This document shows positions 1-10,293 of a stretch of 64,000 nucleotides of DNA, in pieces. A program made the position numbers and the translations under genes. The stretch's first letter is position 1; each line of letters begins with the position of its first letter. The stretch comes from an uncultured Acidobacteriaceae bacterium. GTDB taxonomy: Bacteria > Acidobacteriota > Terriglobia > Terriglobales > Acidobacteriaceae. The notes below the pieces were generated by a model. That model had not been told where the DNA came from and did no database searches. It was given only the letters and a program-made list of their open reading frames with translations. The stretch covers positions 133,536-197,535 of the forward strand of contig CAWILE010000009.1 of the NCBI GenBank assembly GCA_963836835.1, given 5' to 3'.

Positions 1-26
1 ACCTGCGCAGTTTTTTATGTATCACG

Positions 27-2507
27 GTGGTGTGGCTGTGTCATCCGCAGCTTGCAGTTTGGGCGTGGCAGAGCGGGCACCCGGAATCAAGCCCGGTACC
101 CGCACAGCATTCGCAGCCCACTGACTCCGCCTCGCTGCCCGACGTTCCCGACGCGGACGAACTGCCGCGTCTCGAGCCGGTTCCCGGCCCCGGCAGAAAA
201 ATGGTTCCCGTCCATATCGCCGCGAACACGCAGCGAAAGGACGGCGACATCTACACACTGCTCGGCGATGTTGAGATCCGATACAAGGACTACATCATTC
301 GCGCTGACAGGATGAACTACAATGAGGACACCGGCGAGGCTCGCGCCGAAGGGCACGTCGAACTCGATGGTGGCCCCTCCGATGAACACATCCTCGCGGA
401 ACACGCCACACTCAATCTCGACCTTGACACCGGGCGTTTCTACAACGTCACCGGCAGCGTGGGCGTGCGCGAGAACATCAGCCGAAAAAAAGTGATCTAC
501 ACCACGACAAATCCGTTCCTCTTCACGGGAAAGGTCGTCATCAAGAGCGGGCCGGACCAGTTTCGCGTGATCGGCGGCACCATGACATCCTGCCGCCTCC
601 CGCATCCGGACTGGGTGATCGCGGCCGGCCGGATCGACATGGCTGACGGACAGGCCAGCGCGCGCAATGCGCTCTTCCGCGTACTCAATATTCCGATCGT
701 CTATCTGCCTTATTTCACCCACCCCGTCATGTCATCGGATCGCCAATCCGGCTTTCTGATCCCTGTCTACTCGCAGTCCAACACGAAGGGCAGCGTCTTC
801 GGCGAACAGTACTACTTCGCGATCAATCGCAGCGCGGATCTGACGGTCGGCACCGACTATTATTCCAAGCGAGGCTGGGCGCCGAGCGGTGAGTTTCGCT
901 ATCGCGGCCGCGGCGACGACTTCGCCGACATCCGCTTCACCGCGCTCTTCGACCGCGGCATCATGCTGGGCACTCCGCCCAAACTCGTCGATCAGGGCGG
1001 CCAGGACGTCCTGCTCAACGGCCGCTACAGCTTCGGCCCGCATACGCGGCTCGTCAGCAATGCCGAATATCTGAGTTCCATCATCTATCGTGAAGCCTTC
1101 GCCGAAAGCTTTTCGCAGGCCACCGCAACCCAGGTGAACTCCAACATCTATCTCACGCACAACAACAACGGCATCTCGGAAACGGGGAGCTTCAACCGCT
1201 ATGTCAACTATGCCCAGGTCAGCCCGTTCATCCAGGACGTCGTTATCGCGCATCTGCCCATAGTGGATGCCAGCGTCGTCGAGCGCCGCCTCGACGGAAC
1301 GCCTTTTTTCTGGAGCGTCGATGGAAGCGGCGCCGGTCTCAACCGCCACGAACCCGACTTCCAAACCGCCCATGAAGTGGCGCGCATCGATGCGCATCCA
1401 TCGCTCTCCGCACCTCTGCATTTCGGCGGGCTCGATATCCGGCCGGAATTCGCCCTGCGCGATACCTTCTACAGCAAGAGTCAGGCTCCTACGTACACAC
1501 AGGATCCGCTCAGCGGTTCTTTTGTGCCCATCTATCGCTCTGCCAGCCTCAACCGCAAAGACATCGAGGCTGACATCGAATTGCACGCTCCCGTCGTCGA
1601 ACGCGACTTCGCCCCAGCTTGGCTCGCCAGTCACGATCACGTTCTTCGCCATGCCATTGAGCCCGAGGCGCATTACCGCTTCGTTTCCGGTATCGACAAC
1701 TTCCGCAACGTCCTGCGTTTTGATCCCACGGACCTGGTCAGCAATACCAACGAGATCGAGTACTCCGTCACGCAACGCTTTTATCTGAAGCGGCTTCATC
1801 CGCGGCCATGTGCCAACCCGCCTCTTCCGCCCGAAGGTTACGGCCGCGTTTATCTGCCGATCGATTACCACGACTGTTCCACCACAGACACGAGCGAATC
1901 GCTCACCTGGACGCTCGCCCAGAAGCACTTCTTCGACCCCAACTTCGGTGGCGCTGTCATGGACAATCGTCGCAATGTGCTCTCCTCCACGCTGGACTTG
2001 ACCGCAATCGCTTTTCTCAATGGACCCCGCGACTACTCTCCGCTAATCTCGCGCCTCGCACTGCGCACGAATCAAACCTTCAGCTTCGGCTGGGACCTCG
2101 ACTACGACCCTCACGCCGGCCGCATTAACGGCAGCAACGTCTACCTCGAGGTGCGCCACTCCGGCTTCTTCGGCTCTGCCGGCCATGCCCGGCTGGACGC
2201 CTTGAATCCCAGCACCGTACCCACGCCCGTGACCAACTACGAGCAGCTTCGCTCGACCTTCGGTTACGGGGGGGCAACGAAGCCCGGCTTCAGCGGAGCG
2301 CTCAATCTGGGCTACGATTTGAACCAAACGCAGCTTCAATATGGCGGCGCGCAGGCCAGCTACAACTGGAACTGCTGCGGCATCACGATCGAATATCGCA
2401 GGCTGGCGCTCGGCCCGGAGCGCAATGAGAACTACGAAAGCTTCAATTTCACCCTTGCTGGCATCGGCACCGCAGGCAATATCAATCGCTCGCAACTGAT
2501 CTACTGA
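27..2507 (+). CDS. lptD: LPS-assembly protein LptD (frame is open back to the window edge, so the true start may lie upstream)
   Basis: 826 aa. OstA-like N-terminus (GDVEIRYKDYIIRADRMNYN), TSC motif, RQSGFLIP, aromatic beta-barrel, C-terminal YNWNCCG. Confidence 0.9.
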   Translation: MVWLCHPQLAVWAWQSGHPESSPVPAQHSQPTDSASLPDVPDADELPRLEPVPGPGRKMVPVHIAANTQRKDGDIYTLLGDVEIRYKDYIIRADRMNYNEDTGEARAEGHVELDGGPSDEHILAEHATLNLDLDTGRFYNVTGSVGVRENISRKKVIYTTTNPFLFTGKVVIKSGPDQFRVIGGTMTSCRLPHPDWVIAAGRIDMADGQASARNALFRVLNIPIVYLPYFTHPVMSSDRQSGFLIPVYSQSNTKGSVFGEQYYFAINRSADLTVGTDYYSKRGWAPSGEFRYRGRGDDFADIRFTALFDRGIMLGTPPKLVDQGGQDVLLNGRYSFGPHTRLVSNAEYLSSIIYREAFAESFSQATATQVNSNIYLTHNNNGISETGSFNRYVNYAQVSPFIQDVVIAHLPIVDASVVERRLDGTPFFWSVDGSGAGLNRHEPDFQTAHEVARIDAHPSLSAPLHFGGLDIRPEFALRDTFYSKSQAPTYTQDPLSGSFVPIYRSASLNRKDIEADIELHAPVVERDFAPAWLASHDHVLRHAIEPEAHYRFVSGIDNFRNVLRFDPTDLVSNTNEIEYSVTQRFYLKRLHPRPCANPPLPPEGYGRVYLPIDYHDCSTTDTSESLTWTLAQKHFFDPNFGGAVMDNRRNVLSSTLDLTAIAFLNGPRDYSPLISRLALRTNQTFSFGWDLDYDPHAGRINGSNVYLEVRHSGFFGSAGHARLDALNPSTVPTPVTNYEQLRSTFGYGGATKPGFSGALNLGYDLNQTQLQYGGAQASYNWNCCGITIEYRRLALGPERNENYESFNFTLAGIGTAGNINRSQLIY

Positions 2508-2566
2508 TCGCGCCGCGCCCTGCGATAATAGAATGTTCGTCCTTTTTTGAGCGAAAGGCGGTTTGT

Positions 2567-3523
2567 TTGTTCCGTACCCGATTCATTCTTCTCTGTTCCT
2601 TCGTGGCCATCGCGATCTTCGGCTGCCGGGCCCAGAGCCCTCCCCCGACTGCCTCGGTCAATCGCCGCATTGAGGTGCTGGTACGCTCTCAATTCAACGT
2701 TCCGCCCGACTACGACGTCTCTTTCGGCGGCAAGACGAAGAGCGACGTCCCGGGCTACGACAACCTGCCGGTCACCTTCTCGCACAATGGCAAGCAGACC
2801 ACCGTCACGTTCCTGCTATCAAAAGACGGCAATACGCTGGCCCGCCTTGAAAAGTTCGACATCAGCAAAGAGCCGCAGTCCATCTATTCCATCGACCATC
2901 GTCCGATTCGCGGCAACCCGGAAGCCAAGGTAACGGTCGTGAATTACGACGACCTCGAGTGCCCTTACTGCGCTCGCATGCATGAAGAGCTCTTCCCGGC
3001 GACCATCGATCACTACAAGGGCCTCGTGCGCTTCGTCTATAAAGACTACCCACTGGTCGAGATTCATCCCTGGGCCATGCATGCTGCCGTGAACGCCAAC
3101 TGCCTCGCCGCCCAGAAGAGTGAGGCCTACTGGGAGTTCATCGACTATGCCCATTCGCACGGACATGAGATCGAAGGCGCCCGCGATGATGCGAAACAGG
3201 CCTTCAGCGCGCTCGACGAGCAGGCTCGTACCCTTGGCAAGAAGTACGCCCTGAACGAATCCAGGCTCAACGAGTGCCTCGCCAAACAGGACGAATCCAC
3301 CGTGCGCGCCTCTATGCGCGAGGGCGAAAAACTCGGCATCGAGGGTACGCCGCAGCTCTTTGTCGACGGCGAGCGAGTCGCCCCTGGAGCCCAGCCAACC
3401 TCCGCCCTGTGGGATACGATTGACCGCGCGCTCGAGGCGGACGGTATTACGCCGCCAGAGCGGGCCGATACGGCGTCGCCTAAACCTGCCTCCCCTGAGA
3501 AGGCGCCCGGAGAGTCAAAGTAG
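2567..3523 (+). CDS. DsbA-family thiol-disulfide oxidoreductase, probable lipoprotein
   Basis: RGNPEAKVTVVNYDDLECPYC, GTP cis-Pro loop, signal ending AIFGC. Confidence 0.85.
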   Translation: MFRTRFILLCSFVAIAIFGCRAQSPPPTASVNRRIEVLVRSQFNVPPDYDVSFGGKTKSDVPGYDNLPVTFSHNGKQTTVTFLLSKDGNTLARLEKFDISKEPQSIYSIDHRPIRGNPEAKVTVVNYDDLECPYCARMHEELFPATIDHYKGLVRFVYKDYPLVEIHPWAMHAAVNANCLAAQKSEAYWEFIDYAHSHGHEIEGARDDAKQAFSALDEQARTLGKKYALNESRLNECLAKQDESTVRASMREGEKLGIEGTPQLFVDGERVAPGAQPTSALWDTIDRALEADGITPPERADTASPKPASPEKAPGESK

Positions 3524-3625
3524 GCTGGCCTGACCGCCGCGCGACGATACGATAAGCTTTGTGAGCCGGGTAATGGCCGTTCGCGCCAGGCCGGCGAGGC
3601 GCGAGCGCCTCTTGAAGGAGACAGA

Positions 3626-4708
3626 GTGCCAGAAGTTCCGCTGCCTGCAATCCGGCCTGCCCCGTCCTTCCTCCGTCGTTCTGATCTCTGGCTCACCTTC
3701 AGCCTCGGCTGCCTCGCCCTGGCGGCGGGATGCAACCGCCCGCACCAGCCGGATGTCGTCGCCACCGTTAACGGGCACCCGATCGACCATGCGACGCTCG
3801 AACGCTACTACCACAGCAACATGGGAAACGGCCCGCAGCCTTCGCAGATCCAGTCCCAGATCGCGCACCTGGAAATCCTGCGCAACCTGATCGACGACGA
3901 CATCAAGCAGCAGCGAGCCGCCAAGCTGAATCTCGTCGCCACCGACGAGGAGGTCGACGCCAAACTCGCGGAGATCAAGGCGCCCTACACACAAGAAGAG
4001 TTCGATCGCCAGCTTAAGGCGAAGAACATGACGCTCGACGATCTCAAGCGCGACATCCGGCGCAGCCTTACGACTGACAAGTTGATGAACAAAGAGATCC
4101 TCTCGAAGATCAACATTACGGACGCAGATATCACCGAGTACTACAACGCGAACAAATCCCAGTTCAACCTGGTGGAGCCGGAATTCCACATCTCGGAGAT
4201 TGTCATCTCCGCCATTCCGCCGCGGCAACCCGGCAATATGGCGCCCAGCAAGAGCATCACCGAGTCAGAGGCGAAAAAGAGGATCGACGCCATTCACACC
4301 CGGCTGGAAAGCGGCGACGATTTCGGTGCTCTCGCCTCGCAGTTCAGTGATCAGACGAACAATGCAAGCAGCGGAGGCGACATGGGTGCGCTTTCCGAAT
4401 CGCAACTTCGCCAGGACCCCGGAGCATTCGCTGCGATCTCTCAACTCAAACCCGGCCAGATCACGCCTGTGCTGCCCATCTACGATCAGGAGCACAAGGT
4501 GGACGCCTACGCGATCTACAAGCTGCTCGATAAGGAAGCCGCAGGCCAGTATCAGATCAACGATCCCCGCGTACAGCAGAGCATTCGCGCCAGCCTGCGC
4601 CAGAGTCGCTCCCAGCTACTACGCAACGCGTATGACCAGATGCTCCGCGATCAGGCCCACGTCGAGAACTACTACGCGGAAGACATCTTCAAAAAGGGCG
4701 GTCAGTAG
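3626..4708 (+). CDS. SurA-like/PpiC peptidyl-prolyl isomerase, probable lipoprotein
   Basis: VVATVNGHPI SurA N-domain, parvulin motif DFGALASQFSD...SGGDMG, lipobox LAAGC. Confidence 0.85.
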   Translation: MPEVPLPAIRPAPSFLRRSDLWLTFSLGCLALAAGCNRPHQPDVVATVNGHPIDHATLERYYHSNMGNGPQPSQIQSQIAHLEILRNLIDDDIKQQRAAKLNLVATDEEVDAKLAEIKAPYTQEEFDRQLKAKNMTLDDLKRDIRRSLTTDKLMNKEILSKINITDADITEYYNANKSQFNLVEPEFHISEIVISAIPPRQPGNMAPSKSITESEAKKRIDAIHTRLESGDDFGALASQFSDQTNNASSGGDMGALSESQLRQDPGAFAAISQLKPGQITPVLPIYDQEHKVDAYAIYKLLDKEAAGQYQINDPRVQQSIRASLRQSRSQLLRNAYDQMLRDQAHVENYYAEDIFKKGGQ

Positions 4709-4783
4709 CCGAAGTTTGATTCGTTTTCCAGCCTGACTTCAAGAGGCTTGTTACACTGGTTCACCTTTCCGGAGGCGCCGCCC

Positions 4784-6082
4784 GTGCATCATCGCGCAAT
4801 CCTGCTGCTCTCAATTTGCCTCCTCACGTTTCCTCCGCTCGGCCCGGCTCAGACCAAACCCGCCGGCCGCACCCTCGTCCGCGCAGCCCATCTGGTGGAT
4901 GTACGGGCAGGCCGACTGCTCGATGCGCAGACGCTCGTGGTCTCCGGCGACCGCATCGTTTCTGTACAACCCACGGCGCAGGTCCAGGCGCAGCCGGGCG
5001 ACAACGTCATCGACCTCGGCAACGCCACGCTGCTTCCGGGCATGATCGACGTGCACACTCACTTGACCGACGATACGAACTTCGATCCCTACCATGAGCT
5101 CTCCACCAGCGTTGCGAAAAGCGCGCTGATTGGCGCGCACAACGCAAAGGTCACGCTGGAAGCCGGCATCACCACGGTGCGCAACGTGGGCGCAGAAGGC
5201 TTTGCCGATGTCGACCTCCGCGACTCCATTAACGAGGGACTGATCGAAGGTCCGCACATGCAGGTGAGTGGCCCGGCGCTTGGCATCACCGGCGGCCACA
5301 TGGATAACAACCTGCTGCCCGAGAAGTACCACGACACCGGCGAGGGCGTGGCCGACGGCATCCCCGCCGTGCAGCACATGGTCCGCAGGAACATCAAATA
5401 TGGCGCGGACCTCATCAAGATCGGTGCGACCGGTGGTGTGCTCTCCAAAGGCGACGACCCGCAGGCCAGCCAATACACCCTGGAGGAGATGCAGGCCATC
5501 GTCGCAGACGCCCACCGCCTTGGCCGCAAGGTGGCAGCGCACGCCCACGGAGCACAAGGCATCCTCTGGGCCAGCGAAGCCGGTGTCGACTCTATCGAAC
5601 ACGGCACCTACATGAACGATGAAGACATCAGGATGATGAAAGAGAAGGGCACTTACTTCGTCCCGACTGCCTATCTCATCGACTGGGTGCGAGACAATGC
5701 TCACCTGCCAACCTTTTATCTGAAGAAGATGCACGATGTCAGCGCAGTCGAAAAGGCGAACGCGAAACACGCCATCGCTGCCGGCGTCAAGGTGGCGATG
5801 GGAACGGATGCCGCAGTCTATCCCCACGGGCTGAACGCGCACGAGTTTGAGGTTTACGTTCGCGACTTCGGCATGACGCCGCTCGAGTCGCTGCGCACCG
5901 GCACCCTGAATGCGGCCGACCTGATGGGTTGGAGCGACCGCGTGGGTTCGCTCGATTCCGGCAAGTGGGCGGACGCTGTCGCTGTGCAGGGAAATCCACT
6001 CGAAGACATCACCGTGCTTCAACGCCCCGTCTTCGTGATGAAGAGTGGAGTGGTTTATCGCAACGATCTCAAGGCTCACTGA
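4784..6082 (+). CDS. Secreted amidohydrolase (Xaa-Pro dipeptidase-like)
   Basis: PGMIDVHTH, AHAHG, SIEHG and GTDA metal ligands; signal peptide; GGAGG RBS before GTG 4784. Confidence 0.85.
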   Translation: MHHRAILLLSICLLTFPPLGPAQTKPAGRTLVRAAHLVDVRAGRLLDAQTLVVSGDRIVSVQPTAQVQAQPGDNVIDLGNATLLPGMIDVHTHLTDDTNFDPYHELSTSVAKSALIGAHNAKVTLEAGITTVRNVGAEGFADVDLRDSINEGLIEGPHMQVSGPALGITGGHMDNNLLPEKYHDTGEGVADGIPAVQHMVRRNIKYGADLIKIGATGGVLSKGDDPQASQYTLEEMQAIVADAHRLGRKVAAHAHGAQGILWASEAGVDSIEHGTYMNDEDIRMMKEKGTYFVPTAYLIDWVRDNAHLPTFYLKKMHDVSAVEKANAKHAIAAGVKVAMGTDAAVYPHGLNAHEFEVYVRDFGMTPLESLRTGTLNAADLMGWSDRVGSLDSGKWADAVAVQGNPLEDITVLQRPVFVMKSGVVYRNDLKAH

Positions 6083-6107
6083 GCCTTCGTTAGCTTAGGA
6101 TGAGCGG

Positions 6108-7115
6108 ATGGTCCGTTACGGCATTCTAGGCTTCGGCCATCATGGCGAGCGCCGTCTCGCTTCGGCATTCGAACACACCACGAACTCGCAGCTCGCTGGA
6201 ATCTGGCGGCGCAATCAGGAGCGCGCCCGCGAGAACGCACAGCAGTACGGGATTCGCCACATCTTCGGGTCAGCGGAGGAACTCTGCGCTTCTCCCGATG
6301 TCGATGCTGTCTTTGTCGCCAGCCCGGACGCGCTGCACTGCGATCACACGCGGCTGGCGCTTCGTTACGGCAAGCCGGTCCTTTGCGAAAAACCCATGGC
6401 CATGACAGCCGCCGAAGCAGCGCGGATGTCGAAAGCGGCGCGGGCCGCCGGGCGTCTCCTCGGCGTGGCCCAGAACTTTCGTTACAACCCTTCACTCCTG
6501 CGCATGCGCGAACTCTTGGCTTCAGGTGTGATCGGCGCTCCGGTCTTCGCCTCCGCGCACTTCTGCTTCCTCGCCGGGAACAGCCCACGGACCTGGATCG
6601 ACGACGGCGCCATGGCCTGTGGCGGTCCGATTGGCGACGTCGGCATCCACGCCATCGACGCGCTGCGGTTTCTCCTGCAGCAGGAGGTCCTCGCCGTCAC
6701 GACTCTGGCGCGCACCAGCACCACCCAGGCTCCTTCACCAGAGCACGAACTCGAGGAGAGCGCGGCAATCACTCTGGAGTTCAATCGCGGCGTGTTGGCA
6801 AACGTCCAGGTGAGCTTCCGGGCGCTCTATCGCACATTCATAGAAGTGGTCGGAGAAGACGGCGTTCTCACCTCGGAGAGCGGCCTCAACGTAGACCGGC
6901 AGGTTGCTATCGTGCAGCACGCCGGCGGCAAAATTGTGAATGAGGAGACCATCTCCAACGCAGACGCCTACAGCCGGATGCTGGACGCGTTCTCGGCCGC
7001 GATCGAGGGCGCCGGAACCTACGCCAGTAGCGCGGAAGACGGATTGCAGAACCAGCAGATCCTCGACGCCGCGTTCCGCAGTTGGCACAGCGGCTGTCGC
7101 GAGCGAATCCGCTAA
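6108..7115 (+). CDS. Gfo/Idh/MocA oxidoreductase
   Basis: GILGFG, VLCEKP, GGPIGDVGIHAID. Confidence 0.9.
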   Translation: MVRYGILGFGHHGERRLASAFEHTTNSQLAGIWRRNQERARENAQQYGIRHIFGSAEELCASPDVDAVFVASPDALHCDHTRLALRYGKPVLCEKPMAMTAAEAARMSKAARAAGRLLGVAQNFRYNPSLLRMRELLASGVIGAPVFASAHFCFLAGNSPRTWIDDGAMACGGPIGDVGIHAIDALRFLLQQEVLAVTTLARTSTTQAPSPEHELEESAAITLEFNRGVLANVQVSFRALYRTFIEVVGEDGVLTSESGLNVDRQVAIVQHAGGKIVNEETISNADAYSRMLDAFSAAIEGAGTYASSAEDGLQNQQILDAAFRSWHSGCRERIR

Positions 7116-7119
7116 GCTA

Positions 7120-7641
7120 TCACTCGACGATCGCGAGCACCTGGCCGGCAGATACCTTGTCGCCTGCCGCCACGCGCAGTTCTGCCACGCGGCCATCGCG
7201 CGTCGCCTTCAACTCATTCTGCATCTTCATCGCCTCAATCACGACGATGCCCTGATGCATCTTCACCGCCTCGCCGGCTTTCACCAGCACACGCGCAATG
7301 CGCCCCGGCATGGAGGCTTTGATCTGCAGCTTGCCGTTCGCTGCGCCCATGCCCCTGCGCTGGCCCCGCAGCGAACGCGGATCGCTGACCGCAACGCGGT
7401 GCAGCGCGCTGCCGACGGCAATCGTCTCTTCGCCCGCGCACTCAGTGCGCACACAGCGGTAGGAGCGCACTCCTGCATCTCCATTGTCGATCAGCAATGA
7501 CAGCACTCCCGGCATCGGCTCCGTCAGGTCCACGGGGATGAGCCGGCCATCCATTTGCAGCCTCCAGCCACCGTCCCGGCGTTCCAGCGCCAGCTTGCGC
7601 ACGACGCCGTCCACCTCCACGTCCACCGCCAGAAGGCTCAT
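7120..7641 (-). CDS. Biotin carboxyl carrier protein with N-terminal BT-like domain
   Basis: ASMPGRI...IEAMKMQNE biotinyl motif; ATGA overlap with the upstream carboxylase stop. Confidence 0.85.
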   Translation of the reverse strand: MSLLAVDVEVDGVVRKLALERRDGGWRLQMDGRLIPVDLTEPMPGVLSLLIDNGDAGVRSYRCVRTECAGEETIAVGSALHRVAVSDPRSLRGQRRGMGAANGKLQIKASMPGRIARVLVKAGEAVKMHQGIVVIEAMKMQNELKATRDGRVAELRVAAGDKVSAGQVLAIVE

Positions 7642-9137
7642 CGGCGCAGTCCCCGCCCGAAGGCATCGCTCTGCCACGGCGTCTGTGTCTTTGCCTGAGG
7701 CCGCTGCGTCGCAGAAGCCGAAAAACGCAATGCGGCCACCGCCGCCGCACCTGCTGTACAGTTTGCGCCATGATCCTCTGTCGACGCCGGCTGCCCCAGC
7801 ATGCGATCCAGATAGCCAGTGTCGATGCGCGCGGCACGAAACTCCGGGTCATCCAACACGCGGCGTAGAAACTTCAGGTTGGTTCGGATTCCACCGATCA
7901 CATACTCATCAAGCGCGCAGCCTAGGCGCGCAATCGCCGTCGCACGGTCCGGCGCGTACGCGATCAGCTTCGAGAGCATCGGATCATACTCTGTCGGCAC
8001 CTCCCAGCCCTCGTACACGCCCTCGTCCTCACGTAAGCCCGGTCCACCCGGGCGCAGCAGCTTCGTGATGCGCCCCGGTGACGGCAGAAATCCGGTCTCC
8101 GGGTCTTCCGCATACACTCGCACCTCCATGGCGTGACCGCGTAGCACAATCTCCGCTTGGCCAAACGGCAGCGGTTGGCCCTCGGCAATCGCAATTTGAA
8201 GGTGCACCAGGTCCAGGCCGGTGACCAGTTCCGTCACCGCATGTTCCACCTGCAGGCGGGTGTTCACTTCCAGGAAGTAGAAGTTCTGCGCCTCATCCAC
8301 CAGAAACTCCACCGTGCCCGCATTCACGTAACCTGCCTCGCGCGCCAGCCGGCAAGCAGCTTCACCCATGCGGCGGCGCAGCTCCGGCCCTACGACAGGG
8401 GAAGGAGCTTCCTCAATCACCTTCTGATGCCGCCGCTGCACCGAGCATTCGCGCTCGCCCAGGTAAACCACGTTCCCATGCTGATCGGCGAGCAATTGAA
8501 TCTCGATGTGGCGTGGCCGCTCGATCAGCTTCTCCAGGTACACCTCGTCGGAGCCGAAGGCCCGAGCCGCCTCATCACTGGCTGACACAAACGCCGACGG
8601 CAGCTCACTCGGCGTCTGGATCGCTCGCATCCCTTTGCCGCCGCCGCCGGCCGCGGCCTTTAGCATCACGGGATAGCCAATCTCCGCAGCGATCTTCAAC
8701 GCTTCTTCCAACGATGCCAGTCCTCGCACCGATCCCGGAGTGCGCGGCATCCGCGCGCGGTCGGCCGCTGCTCGTGCACGTGTCTTCGATCCCAGCTCCC
8801 GCATCGCGGATGGCGGCGGGCCGATAAATGTAATCCCAGCCGCCGCACATGCCTCCGCGAAGTCCGCGTTCTCAGAGAGGAAGCCATACCCGGGATGGAT
8901 TGCGTCCGCACCGCACCGCTGCGCGATCTCGAGAATGCGGTCGCCCCGCAGGTACGAGTCCACTGAAGGCGCGGGACCAAGCCGATAAGCCTCATCGGCA
9001 TGCAGCACATGCAGTGCGTTTCGATCTGCATCTGAGTACACCGCAACCGGCGAGATGCCCAGCTCGCGGCAGGCCCGAAGGAGGCGCAGTGCGATTTCGC
9101 CCCGGTTGGCGATCAGGATCTTGCGAATGGAGGCCAC
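7638..9137 (-). CDS. accC: Biotin carboxylase subunit of an acyl-CoA carboxylase
   Basis: KILIANRGEIA, HPGYGFLSEN, GGGGKGM, ERECSVQRRHQK, EVNTRLQVEH. Confidence 0.9.
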   Translation of the reverse strand: MASIRKILIANRGEIALRLLRACRELGISPVAVYSDADRNALHVLHADEAYRLGPAPSVDSYLRGDRILEIAQRCGADAIHPGYGFLSENADFAEACAAAGITFIGPPPSAMRELGSKTRARAAADRARMPRTPGSVRGLASLEEALKIAAEIGYPVMLKAAAGGGGKGMRAIQTPSELPSAFVSASDEAARAFGSDEVYLEKLIERPRHIEIQLLADQHGNVVYLGERECSVQRRHQKVIEEAPSPVVGPELRRRMGEAACRLAREAGYVNAGTVEFLVDEAQNFYFLEVNTRLQVEHAVTELVTGLDLVHLQIAIAEGQPLPFGQAEIVLRGHAMEVRVYAEDPETGFLPSPGRITKLLRPGGPGLREDEGVYEGWEVPTEYDPMLSKLIAYAPDRATAIARLGCALDEYVIGGIRTNLKFLRRVLDDPEFRAARIDTGYLDRMLGQPASTEDHGANCTAGAAAVAALRFSASATQRPQAKTQTPWQSDAFGRGLRR

Positions 9138-9208
9138 CAGTCACGCATTCTAAACTCCGCACCCGCTCGGCCGCTCTGAGACACGGCGTCGCAGGCACAG
9201 AAGCCAGT

Positions 9209-9244
9209 AAATAAAAAACAAGGAGCCCGTCGCCGGGCTCCTTG
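9209..9244 (-). terminator. Rho-independent terminator of the tonB-exbB-exbD-TPR operon
   Basis: 11-bp stem caaggagcccg/cgggctccttg followed by a T-run on the minus strand. Confidence 0.8.
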
Positions 9245-9271
9245 CAGTGCCTCATTGGAAGAATGCCAGGA

Positions 9272-10099
9272 CTACTTCGACGGAGTCTTCGTTCCGCCCT
9301 GGGCAGCCTGGTTGGCCTTCTCCACGTTTGCCTTGCGGGCTCCCAGCGCCTTCTGAATCCAGTCCTGAGCCTGCTGTATGTCGGCCTTGCGCGCATCGTC
9401 GTCGCCGCACTCGATTTCCGCCTTACGACGATAAGCAAGATTGAGGTACGCCATCGCATCTTCGTAGGAGGGCCGCAGATCGATCGCCTTGTGCAGAGAA
9501 TCCATCGCCTCGTTCACCAGCGGACCATTCACATCCGCCAGCTTTGGACACTCCTTCTTGGGTATTTGCCCGTCGGCTGCTTGCTTTTCCGTCAGGCCGT
9601 GACCTGCGAGAAAATCCAGCGAGTTCTTGCGTGCCTTGTTCCAGTCGATGACACCGATGGTGTAATACGCCTCCGGGTCCTTCGGATCGATGGCCAGCAC
9701 CTTCTGCTGCCACGCCTTGGCATCATCTCCCTTGCCCTGTCCGAAGTAGATCGCAGCAATGCCCTTGACAGCATTCACGTTGTTTGGATCGATCTGCAGA
9801 GCGTCTTTGTAGGCTGCAATCGCGTGATCGGCAAGCGCCTTGTTCGCAGGCGTGTCCGAGTTCGGGACCACCTGCTGCGCATAGGCGGTCGCCAGATACA
9901 TGTGCGTCATGGTGAGCGAGGGATCAAGATTCACTGCCGTCTGGAAGTGATCGATCGCCTCTTCATACCTGGCGTTCTTGTACGCCTGGACTCCCTTGTT
10001 GAGCTGATCGCGCGCCTTTAGTTTGTTGCACCCGGTGGTGGCGAGGAGCATCGACAGGCTGGCAACTGCCGGCATCCACACTCTTGCAATACGCATCAT
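9272..10099 (-). CDS. TPR lipoprotein
   Basis: Lipobox LATTGC; TPR helices (YEEAIDHFQTAVNLDP, ALQIDPNN, AIDLRPSYEDA). Confidence 0.85.
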   Translation of the reverse strand: MMRIARVWMPAVASLSMLLATTGCNKLKARDQLNKGVQAYKNARYEEAIDHFQTAVNLDPSLTMTHMYLATAYAQQVVPNSDTPANKALADHAIAAYKDALQIDPNNVNAVKGIAAIYFGQGKGDDAKAWQQKVLAIDPKDPEAYYTIGVIDWNKARKNSLDFLAGHGLTEKQAADGQIPKKECPKLADVNGPLVNEAMDSLHKAIDLRPSYEDAMAYLNLAYRRKAEIECGDDDARKADIQQAQDWIQKALGARKANVEKANQAAQGGTKTPSK

Positions 10100-10293
10100 T
10101 CTGCTTCATTTCTCCTTGAATAGGTGCCAGACCGCGGCGCATTGTGGGGTCCGTTTACTGGGCACAGAACAGAAACTTCTCTGCGCAGTGATTGTAACTG
10201 TTTTCTTTGACCCTGCAAGTCCGCCGGGACCGTTTTCACAATAGTCTTTGCCCCAGATGTGGCTGAGCGTGGCCCTCCCGGCAGAAAGTGGTT

